DNA of 33,716 nt, taken from NCBI GenBank assembly GCA_046292385.1, contig JBKBRF010000064.1, positions 1 through 33,716 on the forward strand. Reading direction: 5' to 3'. A program made the translations under genes and the position numbers. Of the stretch, positions 17,005 through 24,553 are shown piece by piece. Source of the DNA: Armatimonadota bacterium. GTDB taxonomy: Bacteria > Armatimonadota > SYMT01. Numbering within the stretch: the first letter of the stretch is position 1; every line of letters begins with the position of its first letter. The notes below the pieces were generated by a model. That model was not told the origin of the DNA. It did not search any database and saw only the letters and a list, made by a program, of their open reading frames with translations.

Positions 17005-17958
17005 ATGACTCAGCTTCAGGTGGTGCCCCAGTCCGAGTTTGCCGCCGCCGTCCTCGCCGGTCTCGCCGGCAGCCCGCCGTCGCTTCCGTGCCGGTTCTTC
17101 TACGACCGGGAGGGGTCGCGGCTGTTCGACGAGATCTGCGAGCTGCCGGAGTATTACCTCACCCGCGCGGAAGACGCCCTGCTGCGGGAGGCGGCGGCCG
17201 AAATCGCGCGGTCGGTGACCCCGGAGAGCGACCTGGTGGAGCTGGGCAGCGGCAGCGCCACCAAGACGCGGCGCCTGATCTCGGCCCTGCTGGAGACCGC
17301 TCCGGAGCTGCGGTACTATCCAGTCGACATCTCCGGCGAGATGCTGCGGGAGACGGCCCGCGCGCTCTCTTCCGAGTTTCCGCGGCTCAGCGTCTACCCG
17401 CTCGCGGGCGAATACGCCCAGGCGCTGGGGGAGCTGCCGCGGACGCAGCGCGGTCCCAAGCTGGTGCTGTTTCTCGGCAGTAACCTCGGCAACTTCCGTC
17501 CACGCGAGGCGGAGGCGTTCCTGGGAAGGATCCGCGCCACGATGGGGCCCGGCGACTTCGCCCTGCTGGGGCTCGACCTCCGCAAGCCGCGGGAGGTGCT
17601 GCATGCCGCCTACAACGACTCTCGGGGCGTCACCGCGCGCTTCAACCTGAACCTGCTGCGCCGGATCAACCGGGAGCTGCAGGGGGACTTCGAGCTCTCC
17701 GGGTGGGAGCACCAGGCGGTGGTGCGGGAGGATTGCGGCTGTGTTCAGATGCGGCTCGTCTGCCGGAAGCCGCAGGAGGTCTGCCTGGCCGGGCAGCGGT
17801 TCCGGTTCGAGGCGGGGGACTACATCCACACGGAGGACAGCCACAAGTACTCTCGCGAGCAGATCGCCTCCCTCGCCGACGCCGCCGACTTCCGCGTCTC
17901 CCGGACCTGGCAGGACGAGCGCGCCTACTTCAGTCTGAACCTGTTCGCACCGATCTGA
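17005..17958 (+). CDS. egtD: L-histidine N-alpha-methyltransferase
   Basis: FFYDREGSRLFDEICELPEYY, ELGSGSATKT, FLGSNLGNF, AYNDSRGVTARFNLN, HTEDSHKY; directly upstream of egtB. Confidence 0.93.
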   Translation: MTQLQVVPQSEFAAAVLAGLAGSPPSLPCRFFYDREGSRLFDEICELPEYYLTRAEDALLREAAAEIARSVTPESDLVELGSGSATKTRRLISALLETAPELRYYPVDISGEMLRETARALSSEFPRLSVYPLAGEYAQALGELPRTQRGPKLVLFLGSNLGNFRPREAEAFLGRIRATMGPGDFALLGLDLRKPREVLHAAYNDSRGVTARFNLNLLRRINRELQGDFELSGWEHQAVVREDCGCVQMRLVCRKPQEVCLAGQRFRFEAGDYIHTEDSHKYSREQIASLADAADFRVSRTWQDERAYFSLNLFAPI

Positions 17959-17968
17959 GGGCGATCCG

Positions 17969-19255
17969 ATGAGCATCCTGGCTCCCAGCTCGCCGGCACC
18001 ATCCCCGCCGGCCGACCGCCGGCTCTTCCGGGAGCGGTATGCCGCCGTCCGCGCGCTCTCGGAGTCGCTCTGCGAGCCCCTGGAGACGGAGGACTACGGC
18101 CTGCAGGCGATGCCGGACGCCAGCCCGCCCAAGTGGCACCTGGCGCACACCACCTGGTTCTTCGAGACGTTTCTCCTGCGGCCGTATGCCGACGGATACA
18201 CGCCGTTCCATCCCGCCTTCGGCTTTCTCTTCAACTCCTATTACGAGGCGCTTGGGGCGCGCCACCCTCGTCCGCAGCGAGGGCTGCTCTCCCGCCCCAC
18301 CGTGGCGGAGGTCTACCGCTACCGCGCCGCGGTCGACGAGCGGATGCTCGCCTTTCTGGAACGGTGCCCGGAGCCGGTGTGGAGCGAGACCGCGCCGCTG
18401 CTGGAGCTGGGTCTGAACCACGAGCAGCAGCACCAGGAGCTGCTGCTGACCGACACCAAGTACAACCTCTCCGTCAACCCGCTGCGTCCCGCGTACCGGA
18501 CCATCGCGCCCAGCCCGCCTTCTGCGGCGGCGCCGGTGACCTGGACGGCCTTCGAGGGTGGGCTGCGAGAGATCGGGTTCGGAGGCGGCGGCTTCGCCTT
18601 CGATAACGAGGGGCCGCGCCACCGGGTCTACGTTCCCCCGTTCCGCCTGGCGAGCCGGCTGGTCACCAACGGCGAGTACCTGGCGTTCATGGCGGACGGC
18701 GGCTACCGACGGCCGGAGCTGTGGCTCTCCGAAGGCTGGCGCGCCGTGACCGAGCGCGGCTGGGAGGCGCCGCTCTACTGGGAGCGCGCGGGCGGCGACT
18801 GGCAGGCCTACACGCTCGACGGCGTGCAGCCGCTCCGGCCGGAGGAGCCGGTCTGTCACGTCAGCTTCTTCGAGGCGGATGCCTTCGCCCGCTGGGCCGG
18901 CCGCCGCCTGCCGACCGAAGCCGAGTGGGAGCTGGCCGCGGAGGGGGAGCCGGTCGCCGGCAACCTGCTCGAAACCGGCCGCCTGCACCCGGCGCCCGCC
19001 ACCGGCGAGGGGCTCTCGCAGTTGTACGGCGACGCCTGGGAATGGACCGCCAGCCCGTACCGCCCCTATCCCGGTTTCCGTCCCGCGCCCGGCGCGGTGG
19101 GGGAGTACAACGGCAAGTTCATGTGCAGCCAGATGGTGCTGCGCGGCGGCTCCTGCGCCACGCCGCCGGGCCACATCCGCCCGACGTACCGCAACTTCTT
19201 CCCCCCGGACGCCCGCTGGCAGTTCAGCGGCCTCCGCCTCGCCGAGGACGCGTGA
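17969..19255 (+). CDS. egtB: Ergothioneine biosynthesis sulfoxide synthase
   Basis: SPPKWHLAHTTWFFETF, FNSYY, NHEQQHQEL (iron ligands), FGE-sulfatase C-terminus with RLPTEAEWE, WEWT, GEYNGKFM, YRNFF. Confidence 0.95.
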   Translation: MSILAPSSPAPSPPADRRLFRERYAAVRALSESLCEPLETEDYGLQAMPDASPPKWHLAHTTWFFETFLLRPYADGYTPFHPAFGFLFNSYYEALGARHPRPQRGLLSRPTVAEVYRYRAAVDERMLAFLERCPEPVWSETAPLLELGLNHEQQHQELLLTDTKYNLSVNPLRPAYRTIAPSPPSAAAPVTWTAFEGGLREIGFGGGGFAFDNEGPRHRVYVPPFRLASRLVTNGEYLAFMADGGYRRPELWLSEGWRAVTERGWEAPLYWERAGGDWQAYTLDGVQPLRPEEPVCHVSFFEADAFARWAGRRLPTEAEWELAAEGEPVAGNLLETGRLHPAPATGEGLSQLYGDAWEWTASPYRPYPGFRPAPGAVGEYNGKFMCSQMVLRGGSCATPPGHIRPTYRNFFPPDARWQFSGLRLAEDA

Positions 19256-19359
19256 CGGCGGACGCTGAACCCCACGGCGCTGTCGTGCTGGGTCGCGAGC
19301 GCCTCGTCAGGCCGGGTTCCTACCCTCCGCTCGCATGCCCCGCCGGCGCGGCGCTCGCT

Positions 19360-19388
19360 TTACCGCGCGTCCTGAACAGCGCTATAAT
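19360..19388 (+). promoter_or_regulatory. Possible sigma70 promoter for the Fe-S carrier gene
   Basis: TTACCG - 17 bp - perfect TATAAT (19383-19388). Confidence 0.5.
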
Positions 19389-19456
19389 GGTCACGATCGG
19401 GCGGATAGAGAAACGCCCCCTGCGGCTCCGGGTGGGGCCGGTGGAGACTAGCTTCA

Positions 19457-19810
19457 ATGTTCAACGTCATCGAAAAGCCGGCTGTTAGCCTGACCGAAGC
19501 CGCGATTGAAAAGGTGCGGGAGATCATGGCCTCGCAGGAGCAGGCGAATGCTGGCCTCCGCATCTACGTGGCGGGCGGCGGCTGCTCCGGGTTCAAATAC
19601 GGCATGGCCCTGGACCAGGAGCCGGCGCCGGACGATCAGGTCTTCGAGTTCAACGGCCTGAAGGTCTTCATCGATTCGATGAGCTGGCCGTACCTGCAGG
19701 GCGCCCGCGTCGACTACGTTGACGACTCGCTGCTGGGCCAGGGCTTCAAGGTCGACAACCCGAACGCTACCTCGTCCTGCGGCTGCGGGCAGTCGTTCCG
19801 CACCGAGTAA
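19457..19810 (+). CDS. Iron-sulfur cluster A-type carrier (IscA/ErpA/HesB family)
   Basis: GGGCSGFKY and NPNATSSCGCGQSF motifs. Confidence 0.95.
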   Translation: MFNVIEKPAVSLTEAAIEKVREIMASQEQANAGLRIYVAGGGCSGFKYGMALDQEPAPDDQVFEFNGLKVFIDSMSWPYLQGARVDYVDDSLLGQGFKVDNPNATSSCGCGQSFRTE

Positions 19811-19834
19811 GCTTCGGCACCCGAACGAAATAAA

Positions 19835-19866
19835 CGGCCCCGGAGACGGCGAGGTCTCCGGGGCCG
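19835..19866. terminator. Stem-loop terminator between convergent genes
   Basis: CGGCCCCGGAGAC / GTCTCCGGGGCCG 13-bp stem; AAATAAA on the left flank gives a U-tract on the minus strand. Confidence 0.75.
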
Positions 19867-19898
19867 CTTCGTCGTACCTGGCTGCGAGCTGGACGGGC

Positions 19899-20186
19899 CT
19901 ATGCCGCCGAGCGCGGGCTGCCGGCGGCGCGGCCGGTCATCCACAGCCACGCTCGCTTGAGCGCGCCGCGCCAGCCGATGTCACTCGGGTCCAGAAGCGC
20001 CAGGCCGTCCGGATACTCCTCGTCGAAGAAGCGCTGCAGGTCTCGCATGAGGCGGACCTTCCCCTCTTCCGGCAGATCGGCGGCGCGGCTCACCCCGTAC
20101 GCCGCCAGGTGGCGCTCCACCAGCTCCGTGCCGCGATCGGCTACCTGCTGCTGTACGTCCGGAACGAACCGGTTGACCTTCTTCAC
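19899..20186 (-). CDS. Hypothetical protein
   Basis: 95 aa from GTG 20186 with genome-typical codon usage, ending near the terminator. Confidence 0.6.
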   Translation of the reverse strand: MKKVNRFVPDVQQQVADRGTELVERHLAAYGVSRAADLPEEGKVRLMRDLQRFFDEEYPDGLALLDPSDIGWRGALKRAWLWMTGRAAGSPRSAA

Positions 20187-20302
20187 TGCGAACCTCCTGC
20201 CGCGTGGGGAAATCTTACGCTCACCCCATGCATACCCGGCGAGCTCCCTGGGGAAAACGCACTGCTCCGTTGAGAGAGCAGCAGTAAGGCGCGGGAGGGA
20301 CC

Positions 20303-20671
20303 ATGCCTCGGGTGCAGCAAGAGCCGCTGGAGTTGAATGTCTATCGGGTCGACGGATACCCATGCCTCCGGTTAACCGGAGAAGGGGATCCGCAGGGAGC
20401 CGACCGCCTCGAGGCGGCGTGCCGCGAGCTGATGCTGGCGGGGCACCACCGGATGGTGGTCGACGCGCGCGACGTTCAGTTTTTCGACCCGGACTGCGCC
20501 CGGCGGCTGGAAGAGATCTGCCAGGAGCTGCAGGAAGAGGGCGGAGGAATGGTGCTGGTAGACCGCAGCCTGCCGGTGGAGCGGAGCCTCAAGCTGGTGG
20601 GGCTCGACCGCTGCGTTCCCGTGGCCGCCTCGATTGCCGAGGCGACTCGCTGCCTCGATCTGCTGGAGTGA
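20303..20671 (+). CDS. STAS-domain protein (anti-sigma factor antagonist-like)
   Basis: LRLTGEGD, MVVDARDVQFFD, VERSLKLVGLD pattern; GGAGG RBS. Confidence 0.8.
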   Translation: MPRVQQEPLELNVYRVDGYPCLRLTGEGDPQGADRLEAACRELMLAGHHRMVVDARDVQFFDPDCARRLEEICQELQEEGGGMVLVDRSLPVERSLKLVGLDRCVPVAASIAEATRCLDLLE

Positions 20672-20708
20672 CCGGGACTTCGGGACGGCGTCCGGGCTAT
20701 CCTGAAGT

Positions 20709-21284
20709 ATGACGGAACGAGAAAAGATGCTGCGGGGCGAGCTCTACCTCGCCTCGGACCCGGAGCTGACGGAGGCGCGTCAGCGCGCGCGACGGCTGAC
20801 GCGCCTCTACAATGCCGCCACGGAAGAAGAGTGGGATCGCCGCCGGGAGATCCTGCGGGAGCTCCTCGGCGCGGCAGACGCAGACACGGTGATCGAGCCG
20901 CCCTTCTTCTGCGACTACGGGTCCCACATCTACCTGGGAGCGCGCTTCTACGCCAACTTCGGGCTGACCGTGCTCGACTGCGCCGAGGTCCGGATCGGCG
21001 ACGACGTGATGATCGGGCCGTCGGTCCAGATCTACGCCGCCACGCACCCGCTGGAGGCCGAGGAGCGGATCAAAGGACCGGAGCTGGCGCGGCCGATCAC
21101 CATCGGCGACCGGGTCTGGATCGGCGGCGGCTCCATCCTCTGTCCCGGCATCACGATCGGCGAAGGGACCACCATCGGGGCCGGCAGCGTGGTGACCAAG
21201 GACGTTCCCCCGCACGTCCTGGCCGCCGGAAACCCCTGCCGGGTGCTCCGCTCGCTCCGGGAGGAGCCCGCCGAGCCGGCCTAG
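20709..21284 (+). CDS. maa: Sugar O-acetyltransferase (maltose O-acetyltransferase family)
   Basis: EREKMLRGELY, PPFFCDYG, hexapeptide repeats, GAGSVVTKDVP, AGNPCRV. Confidence 0.88.
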   Translation: MTEREKMLRGELYLASDPELTEARQRARRLTRLYNAATEEEWDRRREILRELLGAADADTVIEPPFFCDYGSHIYLGARFYANFGLTVLDCAEVRIGDDVMIGPSVQIYAATHPLEAEERIKGPELARPITIGDRVWIGGGSILCPGITIGEGTTIGAGSVVTKDVPPHVLAAGNPCRVLRSLREEPAEPA

Positions 21285-21589
21285 CCGCGCTCCACCGGTC
21301 CGGGCCAGGCGCTCATGCCGTAGCGCAGGTTGGCGATCCGGTCGAAGCCGGCCTGCACCAGCCACTGGCCCGCGGCCGCGCTGCGGATGCCGTGCGCGCA
21401 GACCACCAGCGTCTCCGCCTCCGGGTCCAGCTCCTGGTAGCGGCCGGTCAGCTCGTCCAGCGGAATGTGCACCGCCCCCGGAATATGCCCGCCGCGCCAC
21501 TCCGGCAGCGTGCGCACGTCGAGGACCACCACCTCGCCGCTCGCCACCCGCGCGTGACCTTCTTCCGGCGACAGCTCTCGGTAGGACAT
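21281..21589 (-). CDS. Rhodanese-like domain protein
   Basis: LDVRTLPEWRGGHIPGA, VVCAHGIRS (active Cys), GMSAW; C-terminal 102 aa of the listed long ORF. Confidence 0.9.
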   Translation of the reverse strand: MSYRELSPEEGHARVASGEVVVLDVRTLPEWRGGHIPGAVHIPLDELTGRYQELDPEAETLVVCAHGIRSAAAGQWLVQAGFDRIANLRYGMSAWPGPVERG

Positions 21590-21604
21590 CTGGAAACTCT
21601 TTTC

Positions 21605-21641
21605 AGGAGATGGGGCGATGGGATGGGGATGGGGGGATGGA
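21605..21641 (+). repeat. Dispersed G-rich repeat copy
   Basis: AGGAGATGGGGCGATGGGATGGGGATGGGGGGATGGA matches the reverse complement of 16927-16963 at 32/37 positions (counted by hand). Confidence 0.7.
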
Positions 21642-21778
21642 ACCAGCCGGACCCACCTCTGGACTTCTCTAACTGCGACTAAGGCTATACCTGTGCCGCT
21701 CGGAATGCAACCGGCAGGAGTTTGCCGGGGCCGAGGCTCAACTCCCCTTGACGGTCCGTTACAACTATCCCAACCGCC

Positions 21779-22867
21779 ATGCACATTTCCGAGCTGGATA
21801 CCCCTGCCGTTCTGATCGATCTCGACGTGCTGGAGCGCAACCTCCGCCGCGCGCAGGACTACTGCGACACGCACGGCCAGCAGCTCCGGCCGCACATGAA
21901 GACCCACAAGATCCCCCAGCTCGGGCGGATGCAGGTGGAGCTGGGGGCGGTGGGGCTTACCTGCGCCAAGCTGGGAGAGGCGGAGGTGATGGCGGACGCC
22001 GGGATCGAGGATCTCTTCATTGCCTATCCGCTCTGGGGAGAGCAGAAGCTGCGGCGGCTGGTGGAGCTGGCGGGCCGCTGCCGCCTGAGCGTGGCGTTCG
22101 ACTCGGCGGAGGTGGCGGAAGGGATCTCGCCCGCGGTCGCGGCGGCCGGGCTGGAGATTGGTGCGCTGGTGGAAGTCGATACCGGCACCTTCCGCTGCGG
22201 AGTGGCGCCGGGACCGGGCTTGACCTCTCTCTGCCGGAAGGTGATCGACCTCCCCGGGCTTCGCTTCCGAGGACTGATGACCTACCAGGGCTACGTCTCC
22301 GGCAGCACCGAGGAGCGCGAGGCGCAGATGCGCGCCGAGGGCGACCGGGTGCGCGGCGTGCTCGACGGCCTGTCGGCCGAGGGGATCGAGTGCGAGGTGG
22401 TGAGCGGCGGGACCTCGCCCAGCCTCTTCTTCTCCCACGTGGCGCAGGGCATCACGGAGAACCGCAGCGGCACCTACGTCTTCAACGACCGGAACATGGT
22501 CAGCAGCGGCGCCGTGACGTGGGACGACTGCGCGATGCGCGTGGCGGTGACGGTGGTCAGCACCGCGGTCGAGGGGCAGTTCGTGATCGACGGCGGCTCC
22601 AAGACGTTCAGCGGCGACCGCACTCCCGCCTGGGAAGGCTGCGGCCGGGTGGTGGAGCTGCCGGACAGCGTCTTTCTCAAGATGAACGAGGAGCACGGCA
22701 TGGTGCGTCTCCCCGAAGGCACCCCGCAGCCGCGCATCGGCGACCGCTTCCACGTCATCCCCAACCACGTCTGCACCGCCATGAACATGCACGACGAGGT
22801 CTGGGTCCACCGAAACGGCGAGGTGGTCGATCGCTGGGAGATCGCCGCCCGCGGCAAGATCCGCTAG
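21779..22867 (+). CDS. Fold-type III PLP enzyme (D-threonine aldolase / D-serine dehydratase DSD1-like)
   Basis: LDTPAVLID, RPHMKTHK (PLP Lys), SGGTSP, RSGTYVFND, DGGSK, NEEHG, PNHVC metal site. Confidence 0.88.
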   Translation: MHISELDTPAVLIDLDVLERNLRRAQDYCDTHGQQLRPHMKTHKIPQLGRMQVELGAVGLTCAKLGEAEVMADAGIEDLFIAYPLWGEQKLRRLVELAGRCRLSVAFDSAEVAEGISPAVAAAGLEIGALVEVDTGTFRCGVAPGPGLTSLCRKVIDLPGLRFRGLMTYQGYVSGSTEEREAQMRAEGDRVRGVLDGLSAEGIECEVVSGGTSPSLFFSHVAQGITENRSGTYVFNDRNMVSSGAVTWDDCAMRVAVTVVSTAVEGQFVIDGGSKTFSGDRTPAWEGCGRVVELPDSVFLKMNEEHGMVRLPEGTPQPRIGDRFHVIPNHVCTAMNMHDEVWVHRNGEVVDRWEIAARGKIR

Positions 22868-22874
22868 GCAGGGG

Positions 22875-23045
22875 CTACTCCTGCGGCTTGCCGCTGTTTC
22901 CCGGCTTTGGCGGCACGCCAGACCCCTCCGATGGCGGCTTGGGGTTCGTGATTACGTTACTGGGAGTGTAGTTGCTCTGCTGAGTAGGTTGGTCAACGAC
23001 CAGCCGATGCGGCTGCTGGGGGATGCCGTTACTTCTGTCGCTCAT
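22875..23045 (-). CDS. Small proline-rich peptide (56 aa)
   Basis: ATG 23045 two nt after the upstream gene's stop, GAGGAGG RBS inside the upstream gene end; MSDRSNG...NYTPSNVITNPKPPSEGSGVPPKPGNSGKPQE. Confidence 0.6.
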   Translation of the reverse strand: MSDRSNGIPQQPHRLVVDQPTQQSNYTPSNVITNPKPPSEGSGVPPKPGNSGKPQE

Positions 23046-23047
23046 CG

Positions 23048-23647
23048 CTATGCCTCCTCGGCGCGGAAGAACTCGATCAGCTCGCAATCCGCCTCCCGCA
23101 CCATCATCCCAATACTACCAGCTACGGGGCCGAGGATCCTACCCGTCTCCTGATCCACGCGCCACACCTGTGAGACATAGATCTCGGGTCGTAGGGGATG
23201 TCGTGTGGCTACGGAGCCTCGTCCATAGAAGCCGGCTACCTTCCGGCCATCCTTGAGATGGAACAGGATGAAGCACGACTCGCGCTCGTGAAAGAACTCG
23301 TCCCAAATCGGGCGGAGCGGCCGGCCGAGCCATTTGGCGGCCAAACGTGACATCCTTAACCGGAACGCCGAATAGGCGAGTAGAGCCGGGATTGCGAAGG
23401 CGACCGCGAAGTTCAACGCGAGATAATAAGGGTTTCCGGGAGACGCGAATCCCGGGCGTAGGCTTATGAGCAGCAACGGTGACGCGACCGCCAGGTTCAG
23501 CATGCTGTAGCAGATCAGCTCGATGACAGCCTTGCTGAAGTCTCTGGGCTCACGCGGACGCAGCACGTCGTAGACCGTCAGCGTAACGAAGCCGGGGACC
23601 ACGAAGAAGAGGAAGAGTTGCAGCCCTTCGACCGTCAGGGTTGGCAT
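23048..23647 (-). CDS. DUF6338-like membrane protein
   Basis: FFVVPGF first helix, three hydrophobic segments, then WDEFF...FHLKDGRKVAGFY...EIYVSQVW...IEFF soluble beta domain, recalled as the DUF6338 pattern. Confidence 0.75.
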   Translation of the reverse strand: MPTLTVEGLQLFLFFVVPGFVTLTVYDVLRPREPRDFSKAVIELICYSMLNLAVASPLLLISLRPGFASPGNPYYLALNFAVAFAIPALLAYSAFRLRMSRLAAKWLGRPLRPIWDEFFHERESCFILFHLKDGRKVAGFYGRGSVATRHPLRPEIYVSQVWRVDQETGRILGPVAGSIGMMVREADCELIEFFRAEEA

Positions 23648-23684
23648 TCGGTGTTTCCCGCTTTCGAAGCAGTTCCGCGCACAC

Positions 23685-24416
23685 TTACATCGCCGGGTCG
23701 AGGACCCCTTTCCCCAGGTAGAGCGGGTGCAGCTCCGCCACCAGGCGGCCGCTCTTCACGTGCGGGTCGGCGTCTACGAACGCCTTCGCCTTCGCTTCGT
23801 CGTCGGTGCGGAAGACCAGGATGCCCTGGCGGTCGCCGGCGTCCGTCAACGGCCCCACCAGCGCCAGCAGACCGTCTTTGCGGCCCTGCAGCAGGTACTT
23901 CAGGTGCGCTTCGTGTGCCTCGCGCAGCGCCTCGCCCGACTCGGCGGTGTAGCTCGGGCCTTTCTTGTAGAGCACGAACTGGTACTTCACCATCTGCGGC
24001 GGCTCGACCGGCTTCCCGAACGAGCTCTTGAAGGTCATCCACTGGTGGATCTCCGGCTTCAGGTAGCCGGCCTTCACGAACGGGTCGTCCTTGAGCTCCG
24101 CCAGCGCCTCCTCCCGCGTCTTGACCGTCAGGATGACAATCCCCCGCAGCGGGGTGCGGTCGCCGAATGGCCCGGCGGTGACCGCCTTCCCTTCCTTCCA
24201 CATCCGCTCGAGGTTCCCGATGTGGGCCTTCTGCATCGCCGCCGCTTCTTCGCGGGGCAGCGGCGTCTTGTTGTCTCCGCTTACGAAGAAGGTCCACCAG
24301 TAGGTGGTCATCTCGTTCGGATCGATTAGCGGCTTCTTCGGCTCCTCCGCGCGAAGCGCGGGCGAAACCAGGGCCAGCAGCCCCAGGATGGCGAGGGAGA
24401 GACGCAGCTTCGACAT
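23685..24416 (-). CDS. Exported protein with tandem YciI-like domains
   Basis: Signal peptide (ALRA-EE); two repeats of H..L...G....GP...G..I...DP.VK.G. Confidence 0.8.
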   Translation of the reverse strand: MSKLRLSLAILGLLALVSPALRAEEPKKPLIDPNEMTTYWWTFFVSGDNKTPLPREEAAAMQKAHIGNLERMWKEGKAVTAGPFGDRTPLRGIVILTVKTREEALAELKDDPFVKAGYLKPEIHQWMTFKSSFGKPVEPPQMVKYQFVLYKKGPSYTAESGEALREAHEAHLKYLLQGRKDGLLALVGPLTDAGDRQGILVFRTDDEAKAKAFVDADPHVKSGRLVAELHPLYLGKGVLDPAM

Positions 24417-24553
24417 GGTAGAGCTCCCGCGAGCAGGCAAACAAGCGTGTGAGGGAGTCTTCCGCGCCGCGGGCTTCCCTACCTCCCGCCGGCCGCTTGC
24501 CGGCTTGACCGCCGTGGTATGCTGGAACCCATTGTCTGTCTCCGGAGGCGCCG

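Noticed and set aside
17969..19255. Selenoneine (SenA) or ovothiol (OvoA) synthase
   Set aside because: No senB or selD-like neighbours, no C-terminal methyltransferase fusion, and egtD is adjacent.
21281..22810. 509-aa rhodanese fusion
   Set aside because: Only the last 102 aa are rhodanese; the rest is antisense to the PLP enzyme gene.
21779..22867. PLP enzyme as the missing EgtE C-S lyase
   Set aside because: It is alanine-racemase fold (type III); EgtE/Egt2 are fold type I, and it is not in the egt operon.
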